Of a stretch of 30,938 nucleotides of DNA, positions 9,472-19,555 are shown in pieces; within the stretch, counting starts at the first letter, position 1, and every line of letters starts with the position of its first letter. Under the pieces are notes generated by a model that saw only the letters and a list, made by a program, of their open reading frames with translations, did not search any database and had not been told where the DNA came from. The position numbers and the translations under genes were made by a program. Source of the stretch: Desulfurococcaceae archaeon (GTDB lineage Archaea; Thermoproteota; Thermoprotei_A; Sulfolobales; Desulfurococcaceae); assembly GCA_038824035.1 (NCBI GenBank), contig JAWBBW010000017.1, positions 1 through 30,938 of the forward strand, given 5' to 3'.

Positions 9472-11079
9472 ATGGTCACAAGGTTTGATCTAATCATTAA
9501 GAATGGCATTGTGGTCGATGGATCCGGGTCACCGCCATTTAGGGCAGATATAGGCATCTTAGGTGATCGTATCTGGAAGATCGGAAACCTAGCTGGCTCA
9601 GAAGCAGATATCGTCATTGATGCAAAGGGATTGATGATATCGCCTGGTTTCATAGATATACATAACCATAGCGATATCTCGTTACTCGAATTACCTACGG
9701 CTGATAACTATGTCCTACAAGGCGTTACAACAATTGTCATTGGGAACTGTGGGTATTCACCAGCTCCTTTAACAGATTTGAACAGGGATGAGATTATACG
9801 TGAAGTGAAAAACATCCATCCCGATGTCCAGATCACGTGGTCTACTTTCAACGAATACTTAAACACGCTTGAAAAAACGAAGCCATCTATAAACGTCGTC
9901 CCCCTTGTAGGACATGGGACCATTAGATCAGCTGTCCTGGGTTTCGCGGATACAGTGGCAAGCGAGAGGGATATAAGCTTGATGAAGTCCCTTGTAGAGG
10001 AGGCGATGAGATCCGGTGCTTTCGGCATAAGCACAGGCCTGATATATGTACCAGGCATGTTTAGCGATAGAAAAGAGATCATCGAATTAGCTAAAATAGC
10101 CGCAATTTATCAGGGGGTCTACTTTACGCATATGAGGAATGAAGGTGTGGGCCTCGTGGACTCTGTCATAGAGGCCTTGGAAATAGGCTTAAACGCTGGC
10201 CTTGGAGTCGAGATCTCACATTTAAAAGCATGTGGTAGGCCTAACTGGGGCAAGGTCAAAACAGTTCTCGACTTAATATCCGAATATGCGTATAAGGGGC
10301 ATGATGTGAGTGCCGATGCTTACCCCTACGAAGCTTGGTCCACTTCTTTGACAACACTTTTGCCGAGTGATTATAGAAAAGGCTCGGCATCGGAGATATT
10401 GGAGAAATTGTTGAACCCCAATGCTATCTATGACATAATGAACAAGCAAAGTGATCTGGCGATAGAGGAGGGATATATCTCATGGCATGACATAGAGATC
10501 TCCTTTTCGCTGAGACATAAGGAGTGGGAAGGCATGAGGCTCTCTCAGATCGCCGAGAAGCTTGGAATAGACCCGGTTGAAGTAATGGTTAAGTTGCTCA
10601 TAGAAGACGAGTTATTAACTGAAATCGTGGGATTCACCATAAGCCCCGTAGATGTTGAGAGCGTTATATCTCATCCATTGGTGGCGATTGGTAGTGATGG
10701 CTCTATTTATAGGAAAGGAATGGGTAAACCTCATCCCAGATCATATGGCACTTTTCCAAGAGTCATAGCCAAGTTTGTCAGAGAGAAAAAGGTGATCTCG
10801 TTGCCAGAGGCCATAAGGAAAATGACATTGTTACCGGCGAGGAAACTGGGGATCTGGGATAGAGGGTTGATCAGGCCTGGTTTTAAGGCCGATCTAGTTA
10901 TATTTGACTACTACGCGATAAACGACACCGCGACATATAATAACCCTCATTCATATCCAACCGGTATAAAATGGGTCATTGTTAACGGGGAAATCGTGGC
11001 TGAGAATGGGAAAGTGTTGACCTCGGCTAGGCCGGGATCGATTCTCAGGAAAACAGCCCAATTTTTAAAAGAACTATAG
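9472..11079 (+). CDS. N-acyl-D-amino-acid deacylase (D-aminoacylase, amidohydrolase superfamily)
   Basis: PGFIDIHNHSD, GNCG, GHGTIR, STGLIYVPG, THMRNE, SHLK, GSDG and PHPRSYGTFPRV motifs. ATG at 9472 follows GAGGA. Confidence 0.9.
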   Translation: MVTRFDLIIKNGIVVDGSGSPPFRADIGILGDRIWKIGNLAGSEADIVIDAKGLMISPGFIDIHNHSDISLLELPTADNYVLQGVTTIVIGNCGYSPAPLTDLNRDEIIREVKNIHPDVQITWSTFNEYLNTLEKTKPSINVVPLVGHGTIRSAVLGFADTVASERDISLMKSLVEEAMRSGAFGISTGLIYVPGMFSDRKEIIELAKIAAIYQGVYFTHMRNEGVGLVDSVIEALEIGLNAGLGVEISHLKACGRPNWGKVKTVLDLISEYAYKGHDVSADAYPYEAWSTSLTTLLPSDYRKGSASEILEKLLNPNAIYDIMNKQSDLAIEEGYISWHDIEISFSLRHKEWEGMRLSQIAEKLGIDPVEVMVKLLIEDELLTEIVGFTISPVDVESVISHPLVAIGSDGSIYRKGMGKPHPRSYGTFPRVIAKFVREKKVISLPEAIRKMTLLPARKLGIWDRGLIRPGFKADLVIFDYYAINDTATYNNPHSYPTGIKWVIVNGEIVAENGKVLTSARPGSILRKTAQFLKEL

Positions 11080-12072
11080 ATGTATATCAAAGCTTAATTC
11101 AAACACACGATGACAGGCAACTTGATGTTCGATATCTATTTTTTCAAGCCTAGGTTCTTCGGTTTTACATTTTTCAATGGCAAATGGACATCGCGGGTGA
11201 AATCTACACCCTGTGGGTGGGTTAAGAGGGGATGGGGGTTCACCCTGGATCACGAGTTTCCCTCGCGATCTAGCGATCTTGGGATCCGGATATGGCACTG
11301 ATGAGAGCAAAAACACCGTGTAAGGATGACGTGGGTTTTTCAATATTCTCGATGCATTGCCATATTCCACTGCCTTGCCCGCGTACATAACTAATAGCTT
11401 ATCACTGATATGTTTCGCCGTGAGTAAGTCATGTGTTATGAAGACATATGTCAATTTATATTTCACTTGTAAATCCAAGAGAAGGTTTAATATCTGTGCT
11501 TGAATAGACACGTCGAGAGAAGAAGTGGGTTCGTCTAAGACAACTAGCTTCGGTCTCAATATAATCGCCCTAGCTATTGAGACACGTTGTTGCTGGCCCC
11601 CTGAGAGTTCATGTGGATAGCGATCCAGGTGTTCTTGCCCAAGTCCCACGTCTTCGAGCACTTTGATCATCATATCCATCATCTCAGCTTTATCGTTACA
11701 TATCTTGTGGATGATCAATGGCCTTGAAAGTATGTCCTTGATCCTCATGCGGGGATTTAACGAGGAGTATGGATCTTGAAATACTATCCCAGTTGATCTC
11801 CTGAACCATTTGAGCTCTTTTCCAGAAAGCTTCGTGATATCCGTTCCATCAAATATGATTTCACCGGATGTTGGTTCCACTAGTCTAAGTATTGTTAAAC
11901 CAAGTGTACTCTTACCAGAACCAGATTCACCTACAATACCTATCGTAGAGCCCTCTGGTACCTGAAAATCAACTCCATCGACGGCTTTGAGATAAGTGGG
12001 CTTGGAGAATAATCCGTGTTTAACCGTGAAATATTTCTTCAAATCCCTAACCACAAGCAGGTCCATGCTCAA
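11074..12072 (-). CDS. oppF: Oligopeptide/dipeptide ABC transporter ATPase
   Basis: GESGSGKST, LSGGQQQR, LDEPTSSLD, HPYT and GCRFHPRCP motifs. Confidence 0.93.
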   Translation of the reverse strand: MSMDLLVVRDLKKYFTVKHGLFSKPTYLKAVDGVDFQVPEGSTIGIVGESGSGKSTLGLTILRLVEPTSGEIIFDGTDITKLSGKELKWFRRSTGIVFQDPYSSLNPRMRIKDILSRPLIIHKICNDKAEMMDMMIKVLEDVGLGQEHLDRYPHELSGGQQQRVSIARAIILRPKLVVLDEPTSSLDVSIQAQILNLLLDLQVKYKLTYVFITHDLLTAKHISDKLLVMYAGKAVEYGNASRILKNPRHPYTVFLLSSVPYPDPKIARSRGKLVIQGEPPSPLNPPTGCRFHPRCPFAIEKCKTEEPRLEKIDIEHQVACHRVFELSFDIHL

Positions 12073-13047
12073 TCACCTGCAAGGACTGTAGAGATGACAA
12101 GCCACTAGGTGGTTATTGCCTAACTCCACCATGGAGGGTTCCTCTCTCCTACACCTATCTGTTGCAAATAGACATCTGGGGTGGAATCTACACCCTGTAG
12201 GCGGATTTATCAAATCGGGGGGACTTCCGGGTATTTGGCTAAGCCTAGCCTTCGGCTCTGTCCTCATTTTCACACAATCTATTAAGCCCTTTGTATACGG
12301 ATGTAGTGCGTTTTCGAACAACTCATCGACCCTTGCGATCTCCACTATTTTACCAGCATACATGACTGCGACCCTATCGCACATCTCGGCCACGATCCCG
12401 AAATTATGTGTTATCAGGATAAGTGCCAATCCATATTCCGATCTCAGATCCCTGAGCAATTCCAATATCTGTGCCTGTATGGTGACGTCCAATGCCGTTG
12501 TCGGCTCATCGGCAATTAAGAGAGAGGGCCTTGATATGGTCATCATGGCTATCATGGCTCTCTGTTTCATGCCACCGCTATATACATGTGGATAGTCCCT
12601 TGCCCTGATCTCCGGGTCAGGTATTTTAACCCTGCCCAATTGCTTAATCGCCATCTTGATTGCATCTCTCCACGATAAGTCTTCGTGGAAAACAGGTATC
12701 TCAGCCACTTGTACACCCACACGATAAACGGGGTTGAGAGAGGTCATTGGGTTTTGAAACACAATTGTTATTTCTTTTCCACGTATTTTGCGCAAATCAT
12801 CATCACTCAGCCTCAACAAGTCCACGCCTTTATATATGATCTCCCCTGAGACAATCCTGGCATTTGGCGGTAGTAATCTCGGTATTGCAAGGGCCAGCGT
12901 GCTTTTACCACAACCAGACTCCCCTACAAGGCAAAAAGCCTCGCCCTTATATACCGTAAAATTGACATTATCAACCGCTGTGAGGGCTCCTCTACTGGTC
13001 TCGTAACGCACTTTCAAGTTTTTGACTTCGAGTATCACGTCTCCCAT
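12073..13047 (-). CDS. oppD: Oligopeptide/dipeptide ABC transporter ATPase
   Basis: GESGCGKST, FQNPMTSLNP, SGGMKQR, ADEPTTALD, HPYT and GCRFHPRC motifs. Confidence 0.93.
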   Translation of the reverse strand: MGDVILEVKNLKVRYETSRGALTAVDNVNFTVYKGEAFCLVGESGCGKSTLALAIPRLLPPNARIVSGEIIYKGVDLLRLSDDDLRKIRGKEITIVFQNPMTSLNPVYRVGVQVAEIPVFHEDLSWRDAIKMAIKQLGRVKIPDPEIRARDYPHVYSGGMKQRAMIAMMTISRPSLLIADEPTTALDVTIQAQILELLRDLRSEYGLALILITHNFGIVAEMCDRVAVMYAGKIVEIARVDELFENALHPYTKGLIDCVKMRTEPKARLSQIPGSPPDLINPPTGCRFHPRCLFATDRCRREEPSMVELGNNHLVACHLYSPCR

Positions 13048-13054
13048 CTACATC

Positions 13055-13933
13055 TCACCTCAACCTGAGTTTCGGGTCCATTATATCCCTCAGCGCATCA
13101 CCAAGTAGGTTGAAGCTTAACGCTGTTAATGTGAGGAAAAGGCCTGGGAATATCGAACACCACGGTGCTATGAATATATAGTCCCTCGATTCACTCAACA
13201 TAGCCCCCCAATCAGGGGTGGGAGGTTGTGCGCCAAAGCCCAAGAAGCTGAGCGCGGTGGTGTATAATATAGCCGAGGGCACTGTGAGCGTTGCCAGTAT
13301 TATCACGGATGGTAGTACATTGGGTAGTATATACCTGAACATTATGCTGATATCGCTCTCTCCTATAGCTCTCGCCGCTATGACGAACTCTCTGTTCACA
13401 AGCGACTGTGTCTTGGCTCTCACAACCCTGGTGTACGGCGCCCAGCTGACCAATGCCACCGCCATCACTACGTTTGTTAAACCCGGGCCTATGATAGTGA
13501 CTATTGCGAGCGCCAAGACTATTGGAGGTAGAGCCCAGATCATGTCTGTGAAAGCCGAGATCACCTTGTCCACTGCACCATTATAGTACCCTGCGATCAA
13601 ACCAAGGGTAACCCCTATTAAGACCTCGATTGATACCGCGACCACGCCGACCCAGAGCGCTATTCTAGCTCCATGGATCACTCTGGTGAAAACATCTCTA
13701 CCAAGGTGATCTGTACCGAAAATGTGATTTATGGATGGAGGCAATAATCTAATGGATATATTGACCTCATCATATCTATACTGAGATATGAAATCAGCTG
13801 AGATAGCCATTAAAGCTATTATACACAATATCGCTAAGCCGATCACACCTCTCCTATGTCTTACAAACAGCTTGAAGGATTCGTTTTCATTCAAGGAGAA
13901 AACCTTGTTTCTAAGGCCTGTGAACAAGGTCAT
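13055..13933 (-). CDS. oppC: Oligopeptide/dipeptide ABC transporter permease
   Basis: HIFGTDHLGRD, EFVIAARAIG (EAA loop), LSFLGFG.QPP.PDWG and GDALRD..DPK motifs. Confidence 0.93.
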   Translation of the reverse strand: MTLFTGLRNKVFSLNENESFKLFVRHRRGVIGLAILCIIALMAISADFISQYRYDEVNISIRLLPPSINHIFGTDHLGRDVFTRVIHGARIALWVGVVAVSIEVLIGVTLGLIAGYYNGAVDKVISAFTDMIWALPPIVLALAIVTIIGPGLTNVVMAVALVSWAPYTRVVRAKTQSLVNREFVIAARAIGESDISIMFRYILPNVLPSVIILATLTVPSAILYTTALSFLGFGAQPPTPDWGAMLSESRDYIFIAPWCSIFPGLFLTLTALSFNLLGDALRDIMDPKLRLR

Positions 13934-14874
13934 GTGGATCCTCCCTTTTCAATACGTATCCTCGGATCCAGCGTAGCGACCACGAGATCGCCGAGCGTGT
14001 TGAACACCACCGTGAGGATCGTTATTATGAATACTATTCCCTGTACCACGGCATAGTCTTGCCTGACTATGGAGATATACAGCAATCTACCCATACCTGG
14101 CAAGGCGAACAGTGTTTCAATGACCACTGCACCTCCAATGAGCCAGGGTAGATCCAGGAAAAACATGACGACAACAGGCAATATGGCATTTCTGAGCGCG
14201 TGGATCATTATAACCCTGTTCCTGGGCAATCCCTTGGCCCAAGCCGTTCTCACATAATCCTCGTTAAGGACCTCTATCATCTCTGCCCTGGTCAACCTCA
14301 TCACAGAGGCCGAGGATGGCAATGCAAGTGTGAGAGCCGGCAATATTATGGAATGCGGGCCTTCATAACCAGATATCGGGAGTAATCGTAAATAATAGCC
14401 AAATAGCAACATGAGCAATAAACCAAGCCAAAAACCGGGAATAGAGTACAGTGTAATCGAGATAACCGAGGCCACGGTATCTACTAAGCTTCCTCTTTTC
14501 AACGCCGCTAATAACCCCATCATTGTTCCAAGTGTATAGGATATTAAGAGAGACATCGACATGAGGGAGAGAGTATAGGGTAACCGAGTGAGGATTAAAT
14601 AGGAGACTGGTTGACGCGTCATTATTGAGATGCCGAAATTCCCTCTCAAGATATTTGAAAGCCAATAGAAATACTGGATATAAACTGGCTTATCCAAACC
14701 CCATGTCCTTCGCAATTCCTCTAATCTCTCCTGGGATACTCTCTCGCCAGCTAATAAGAGCTGTATGGGATCTCCTGGCAATATGAACATTATGTAAAAA
14801 AGAATTAAAGTTACGCCGAACACCACTAATATGCCTATTAGCAATTTCTTGACTACATAGTTTATCAGGCTCAT
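13930..14874 (-). CDS. oppB: Oligopeptide/dipeptide ABC transporter permease
   Basis: PGDP, GLDKP..QY, EDYVRTAWAKG, HALRNA, E.LF..PGMG and LDPRIR motifs. Confidence 0.93.
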   Translation of the reverse strand: MSLINYVVKKLLIGILVVFGVTLILFYIMFILPGDPIQLLLAGERVSQERLEELRRTWGLDKPVYIQYFYWLSNILRGNFGISIMTRQPVSYLILTRLPYTLSLMSMSLLISYTLGTMMGLLAALKRGSLVDTVASVISITLYSIPGFWLGLLLMLLFGYYLRLLPISGYEGPHSIILPALTLALPSSASVMRLTRAEMIEVLNEDYVRTAWAKGLPRNRVIMIHALRNAILPVVVMFFLDLPWLIGGAVVIETLFALPGMGRLLYISIVRQDYAVVQGIVFIITILTVVFNTLGDLVVATLDPRIRIEKGGST

Positions 14875-14891
14875 TTCAATAATCCCAATCT

Positions 14892-16520
14892 CTACTTCTG
14901 TATTACCCTTGCATCGTTCAAGAAGAAATCGCCATTAGGCAACACTATTAATCCCTCGACATTCTTGTTGACAGCTAGGTAATCTTTCAAAACAAATAAC
15001 GGTATCAATGGTAAATCATCCAATAAGATCTCTTGGACTTTTGAATATACTCTACTTCTTTCAGTTACATCGACAACGCCGCGGCCAAGCTCCAGTAGCT
15101 CGTCCACCTCTGGATTGGCATAGGTATAGTTGCCTATCGTGCTGTGTACTAGGTATATCAATATATCTGGATCTGGCCATGAAAACCTCCTGAAAGCTAT
15201 TTCGAACTCCCAGTTACGCGTCATTGTTCTCACATAGTCATATGTATATTCTTTTATCTCGACATCGATACCTATTTTCTTCAATTGCGCTTGGATGAGA
15301 GGTGCCAGTTTCTTCATTGCTGGGTCATCTACAGCCGATAAAAGTGTTAACTTGAATGGAATTCCATCTTTATCCAAAACGCCATCCCCATCCGTATCGA
15401 TCCACCCAGCTTCACGTAGTAACGCCTTCGCCTTATCTAGATCATATGCATATCTCTTACTCGCGATCTCCTCTATTGTGGAGTTATAGCAGAACTGGGT
15501 AGGTGAGAGAAACGAATGCCAAGGTATAATGTTGTGATCAAGCGCGACAGCCAACTCCGTGCGGTTAATGGCCATCATTATTGCCTGTCTAACCCTGACA
15601 TCACTTAGTTTAGCATCTCTCACGTTCACCATTAAGTAATATATCCCAGGTGTGACCACTTCATATAATTTGATATTTGGATTATCCTTAAGCCTCTTAA
15701 CCATTTCCAGTGGAACACCCCTAACTATGTGGACGCGCCCAGCTTCTAATTCAGTGATCCTAGTCAAGTCCTCTGGGATAAACCTTATAATTATCTCATC
15801 TATGTATGTGTTAGGCCCCTTATTATTGACAAATGGCAAGTTTGTCTTATAATAGTCATTTCTAATTAGGGTTACATGAGAGCCCCTAACCCATTCCTTG
15901 ACTTTATACGGCCCGCTTCCCACGGCTTCTCTGCCAAAAGCCTCATCCCCTATTTTCTCAGCTAGATACGCATTGACAGGCGCCCCATATGCTGTCACGA
16001 GCACGCTCCAGATATATGGAGCCGGCCTACTGAAAATCAATTTCAATGTATAATTATCCACAACGACTATTTCTTTGACATCTGCAAAATCCTCGGCATA
16101 TGGTGATATCTCTATGTAGCGTTCAATGGATTTCTTAATGGCCTCTGCTGTGAGTGGGTCCCCGTTGGAAAACTTCGCGTCTTTCGGCAAGTGAAATGTG
16201 ATGGTGAGGCCATCTTCGCTGACCTCCCATTTAACCGCTAGATCTGTCACTATGTTCATATTCTCATCTAGGGCAACTAACGGTTGATATAGCAACGCGT
16301 GAACCTCGTTCGCCCATGTAACTTGTTGAATATCTAGTGATGATGGTTCCTCGGGTATAGCTATCACCAATGTCTTAGCATATTGAACAGTTGGTTGCTG
16401 AACAGTTGGCTGGGCCGTTGGCGCTAGGTTAACATAGATCAGGTAGGCCGATACAGCGACGACTACGACAATCGCGATTAATATTACCGCAACGGGTTTT
16501 AAGGCAAACTTCTTGCTCAT
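14892..16520 (-). CDS. oppA: Peptide ABC transporter substrate-binding protein (family 5)
   Basis: N-terminal TM anchor and PTAQPTVQQPT linker; KFSNGDPLTAE, VGSGPYK, VRQAI..AINR and Y..P..D.LL motifs. ATG at 16520 (MSKKF) preferred. Confidence 0.92.
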   Translation of the reverse strand: MSKKFALKPVAVILIAIVVVVAVSAYLIYVNLAPTAQPTVQQPTVQYAKTLVIAIPEEPSSLDIQQVTWANEVHALLYQPLVALDENMNIVTDLAVKWEVSEDGLTITFHLPKDAKFSNGDPLTAEAIKKSIERYIEISPYAEDFADVKEIVVVDNYTLKLIFSRPAPYIWSVLVTAYGAPVNAYLAEKIGDEAFGREAVGSGPYKVKEWVRGSHVTLIRNDYYKTNLPFVNNKGPNTYIDEIIIRFIPEDLTRITELEAGRVHIVRGVPLEMVKRLKDNPNIKLYEVVTPGIYYLMVNVRDAKLSDVRVRQAIMMAINRTELAVALDHNIIPWHSFLSPTQFCYNSTIEEIASKRYAYDLDKAKALLREAGWIDTDGDGVLDKDGIPFKLTLLSAVDDPAMKKLAPLIQAQLKKIGIDVEIKEYTYDYVRTMTRNWEFEIAFRRFSWPDPDILIYLVHSTIGNYTYANPEVDELLELGRGVVDVTERSRVYSKVQEILLDDLPLIPLFVLKDYLAVNKNVEGLIVLPNGDFFLNDARVIQK

Positions 16521-16628
16521 GGTATATACCCATGCTCCTTTATAATGGAACAGTCTTTTAATTGTTGTGTTAAACATGGAACAAATATTAAAATAATCGT
16601 TCTATTTATAACAATTTATCCCTGGATA

Positions 16629-18005
16629 TCACCATCCAGTCATATATTCAAGCACTTGATCCGGTATTCTGCCCTCTTCTGTGTCCACTACAGCGCTCTC
16701 AATGGTTTCAAGCGCTTTATCGACATCCTCCCCCGGTATATTCAAGGGAGGGGCTATCCTCACAACATTTCCATTAACACCTACTGTTAATAAAATAACC
16801 CCTCTTTTCCACGCACTCCAAATGACTTTTAATGCCATTGGCTTAGATGGTTCTTTGCATGACTTATCCACGACTATTTCTAATCCCAGTAACAACCCTT
16901 TACCCCTGACATCGCCCACGATCTTGCTTCTACTCATGATCTCTGAGAGCCTGTTGTATATGTACTCTCCGAGAACGCGGGCCCTTTCAACCATGTTTTC
17001 TTTTTCAATGACCTCGAGCGTGGCTAGGGCTGATACCACTGAAACAGCATGGCCAGAGAGTGTGAACGATAGTCCAACCGGTGGGAGAGAATCCAATATT
17101 TCCTCACGACCTATTACAGCCGATATCGGCATTCCACCTCCTAGCGCCTTGCCGGTCACGATGATATCTGGTTCAACGTCGAAGTGTTGAATAGCCCACC
17201 ATTTACCGGTTCTCCCAATACCTGTTTTAACCTCGTCAACTAGTAACACGATTCCATATTCATGTGCCAATTTATGTAGTCCTTGAACGAAATACTTGGG
17301 TGGCACTACTATCCCACCATCACCTTGAATGGCTTCTAGGGTTATCACGGCTATCTCTTCATTAAGTTTCCTCAATGCTTTCTCAATGTTATTCAAGGCC
17401 ATATTGGATAGGTCAACTGGGTTTTCATATCCATTTATACCCCATGGATTCCTATATGGATTTGGATATTCAACTAAAACCACGTCGTTTAAAAGCATAA
17501 ACGTATTCCTAATTTTCTCATTGTAAATTCCAGATGCCGACATCGACAAATATGTTGAACCGTGGAAAGAGCCTTTGAATGCCATTATATATCTCCTACC
17601 ACTATAAGCCCGTGCAATCATCAACGCTAGATCCATTGCATCAGACCCGGAAAAACCAAATAGAACTTTTTTCCTGAATGAACCGGGCGTGATCTCTATT
17701 AATTTCTTAGCAAGTAGACACGGTTCCTCCGTGTAAAAATAAACCATGGGATATACGAGGTATTTGTCGAGTTGTCTTGAAACAGCTTCTACGATTTTTC
17801 TATGTAAATGCCCGATGTTGAAAACAGCTGCCCCGGATACGAAATCTATGTACTCATTGCCATTGATATCAACGACTCTTGAACCCCTGCCTTTGGCGAT
17901 TACTAGTGGATAATACTTTAGAAAAGCGCATTTCGGAAATACTTCGTTACTTAACCTGAGGATGTCCATGACCTTGCTGGATCCTAAATAATCTTCAACG
18001 CTCAT
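16629..18005 (-). CDS. Class-III PLP-dependent enzyme, probable broad-substrate amino acid racemase (BAR-like)
   Basis: Fold-type I class III motifs (D..GN.YIDF, SGSDA, FHG, DEV.TG.GRTG, GKALGGGMP). EAIQGDGG has Asp229 rather than the transaminase Glu; Lys286 binds PLP. Strong recalled resemblance to Pyrococcus horikoshii BAR (KYYP.VI, YRN.WGI.GYE.P..L, GRIPD.V.....W). Confidence 0.8.
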   Translation of the reverse strand: MSVEDYLGSSKVMDILRLSNEVFPKCAFLKYYPLVIAKGRGSRVVDINGNEYIDFVSGAAVFNIGHLHRKIVEAVSRQLDKYLVYPMVYFYTEEPCLLAKKLIEITPGSFRKKVLFGFSGSDAMDLALMIARAYSGRRYIMAFKGSFHGSTYLSMSASGIYNEKIRNTFMLLNDVVLVEYPNPYRNPWGINGYENPVDLSNMALNNIEKALRKLNEEIAVITLEAIQGDGGIVVPPKYFVQGLHKLAHEYGIVLLVDEVKTGIGRTGKWWAIQHFDVEPDIIVTGKALGGGMPISAVIGREEILDSLPPVGLSFTLSGHAVSVVSALATLEVIEKENMVERARVLGEYIYNRLSEIMSRSKIVGDVRGKGLLLGLEIVVDKSCKEPSKPMALKVIWSAWKRGVILLTVGVNGNVVRIAPPLNIPGEDVDKALETIESAVVDTEEGRIPDQVLEYMTGW

Positions 18006-18661
18006 TTGGATCCCTTGTTAGATAACTAGACCTGGGTGTTATAAAATAATAGTTTTATCCAAGAACGAGCTATCAACAGCATATCTGATATCCGGCTAAC
18101 CACGAGAACGCATCATAGTTGTATCCAATACCTTATTCACTAAGCAATGTTTTACGAGACAGGCTCCTTGTCCGCACATGGTTATAGTCGTTGTAATGAT
18201 TGACACCATGGCCAAGAAATATATCCTCACTAATCTCTTCAATTTGGAAATAAATGACCATAGTAATAGGAAATAATTGAACCGTATATTGCCTAGAAGT
18301 ATGGAATACTGGTCATTTAAAGGATTATCACTTAGTGAGTAAAGCGGTGATTGGATTTAAATAAAACCCGATATATTGCATAATTATATCACGTTGCTCG
18401 GGAATACCGGTTACTGATCTACTCAGTTGGTTTAAAAGAGTTTTCAATGTCGATCCCCATACACATAATTCCATATCCATCGGCTCCACAGATCTATGTA
18501 TCAAATCCCTATGAAGACCTTATGGGAATCCCCAGGATATGTTTCCATTGAATGGTTCCAAGATATTTATACTTTCCAGCATAATCATTGAGAGTAAGTA
18601 AAGGATATGTGGAAAAGTAAAAAATAAATACTAAATTACCTGGTTTTCACGTGTCTTTTAC

Positions 18662-19504
18662 CTAGGCTATGCTGTATGGGTAAAGCCTAGGGGCGGCTGT
18701 CACTAGTAATTCAAATATTTTATATGCCTCTATAATGTCCTTTGCAACGTATTTCACGGTCTTACCATCTATTCTCTTGACAATAGGCAATAACTCAGCT
18801 ATATCGGCCATTTCTGTGCCGAGAAATCTGATTTTCACTTCAACTGGGTATTGCGTTTTCAACGTTTTCATCTCTCCTTGTTTAAACCTGAGTACAGCTC
18901 TCTCTACAGCATTCTCCAATTCTATCTCCACTTTCTTCATGCCTTGGCTCATAGAGGCAAACCTTGAAAGAGAACGCTTCAATACCACTTTCTCAGCCCA
19001 TGGCGTGTATTTGGACACGTCGCCTTCTATTAAACTCGCATCCCCAGCCACCAGAACTACTGGGACATTGAAATGCCCAGCTACATATGTGTTCAATAAA
19101 AACTCGCTAACCGGTATATCATTTACTTCTACACTGTCTATTACAGCGCTACTGTATGTATGGTCAAAACTGGATCTCGGTGTTCCAGCTTTCGCGTGAT
19201 AACCTAGGAACACTGCTATATCTGATCCCTCTACGCCCGTCATCATGCTGACCGGCCTGGGGAACCCCCTTATCAACATGACGTATTCGGGTAAATCATC
19301 GACTTCAAGCCCGATCATCGGACCATGGCTATCAGCTATCACTATTTCATCAAATCCATTCTTATGTAAAGCCCTAGCCACGATCAACGCTATCTTCGTA
19401 GTTATTCGTCGCGCTTCATTGAACAATACACCTTTTAGGAAAAGGTGTTCGCCTGAAGCAATGAAGGGCATGCCCTCCATATCCACTGATATAAATGCCC
19501 TCAT
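18662..19504 (-). CDS. dppA: D-aminopeptidase, peptidase family M55 (Bacillus DppA-like)
   Basis: FISVDMEG, DSHG, GYHAKAG, HTYS, SEFLLN and V.GD motifs. Confidence 0.92.
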   Translation of the reverse strand: MRAFISVDMEGMPFIASGEHLFLKGVLFNEARRITTKIALIVARALHKNGFDEIVIADSHGPMIGLEVDDLPEYVMLIRGFPRPVSMMTGVEGSDIAVFLGYHAKAGTPRSSFDHTYSSAVIDSVEVNDIPVSEFLLNTYVAGHFNVPVVLVAGDASLIEGDVSKYTPWAEKVVLKRSLSRFASMSQGMKKVEIELENAVERAVLRFKQGEMKTLKTQYPVEVKIRFLGTEMADIAELLPIVKRIDGKTVKYVAKDIIEAYKIFELLVTAAPRLYPYSIA

Positions 19505-19555
19505 ATTTTCACCAAGTGATATATATGGTTCATTAAGGGAAAAAAGATATGGTGA

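Noticed and set aside
15360-15410. EF-hand-like DTDGDGVLDKDG in OppA
   Set aside because: A common loop in family-5 solute-binding proteins, so not unusual.
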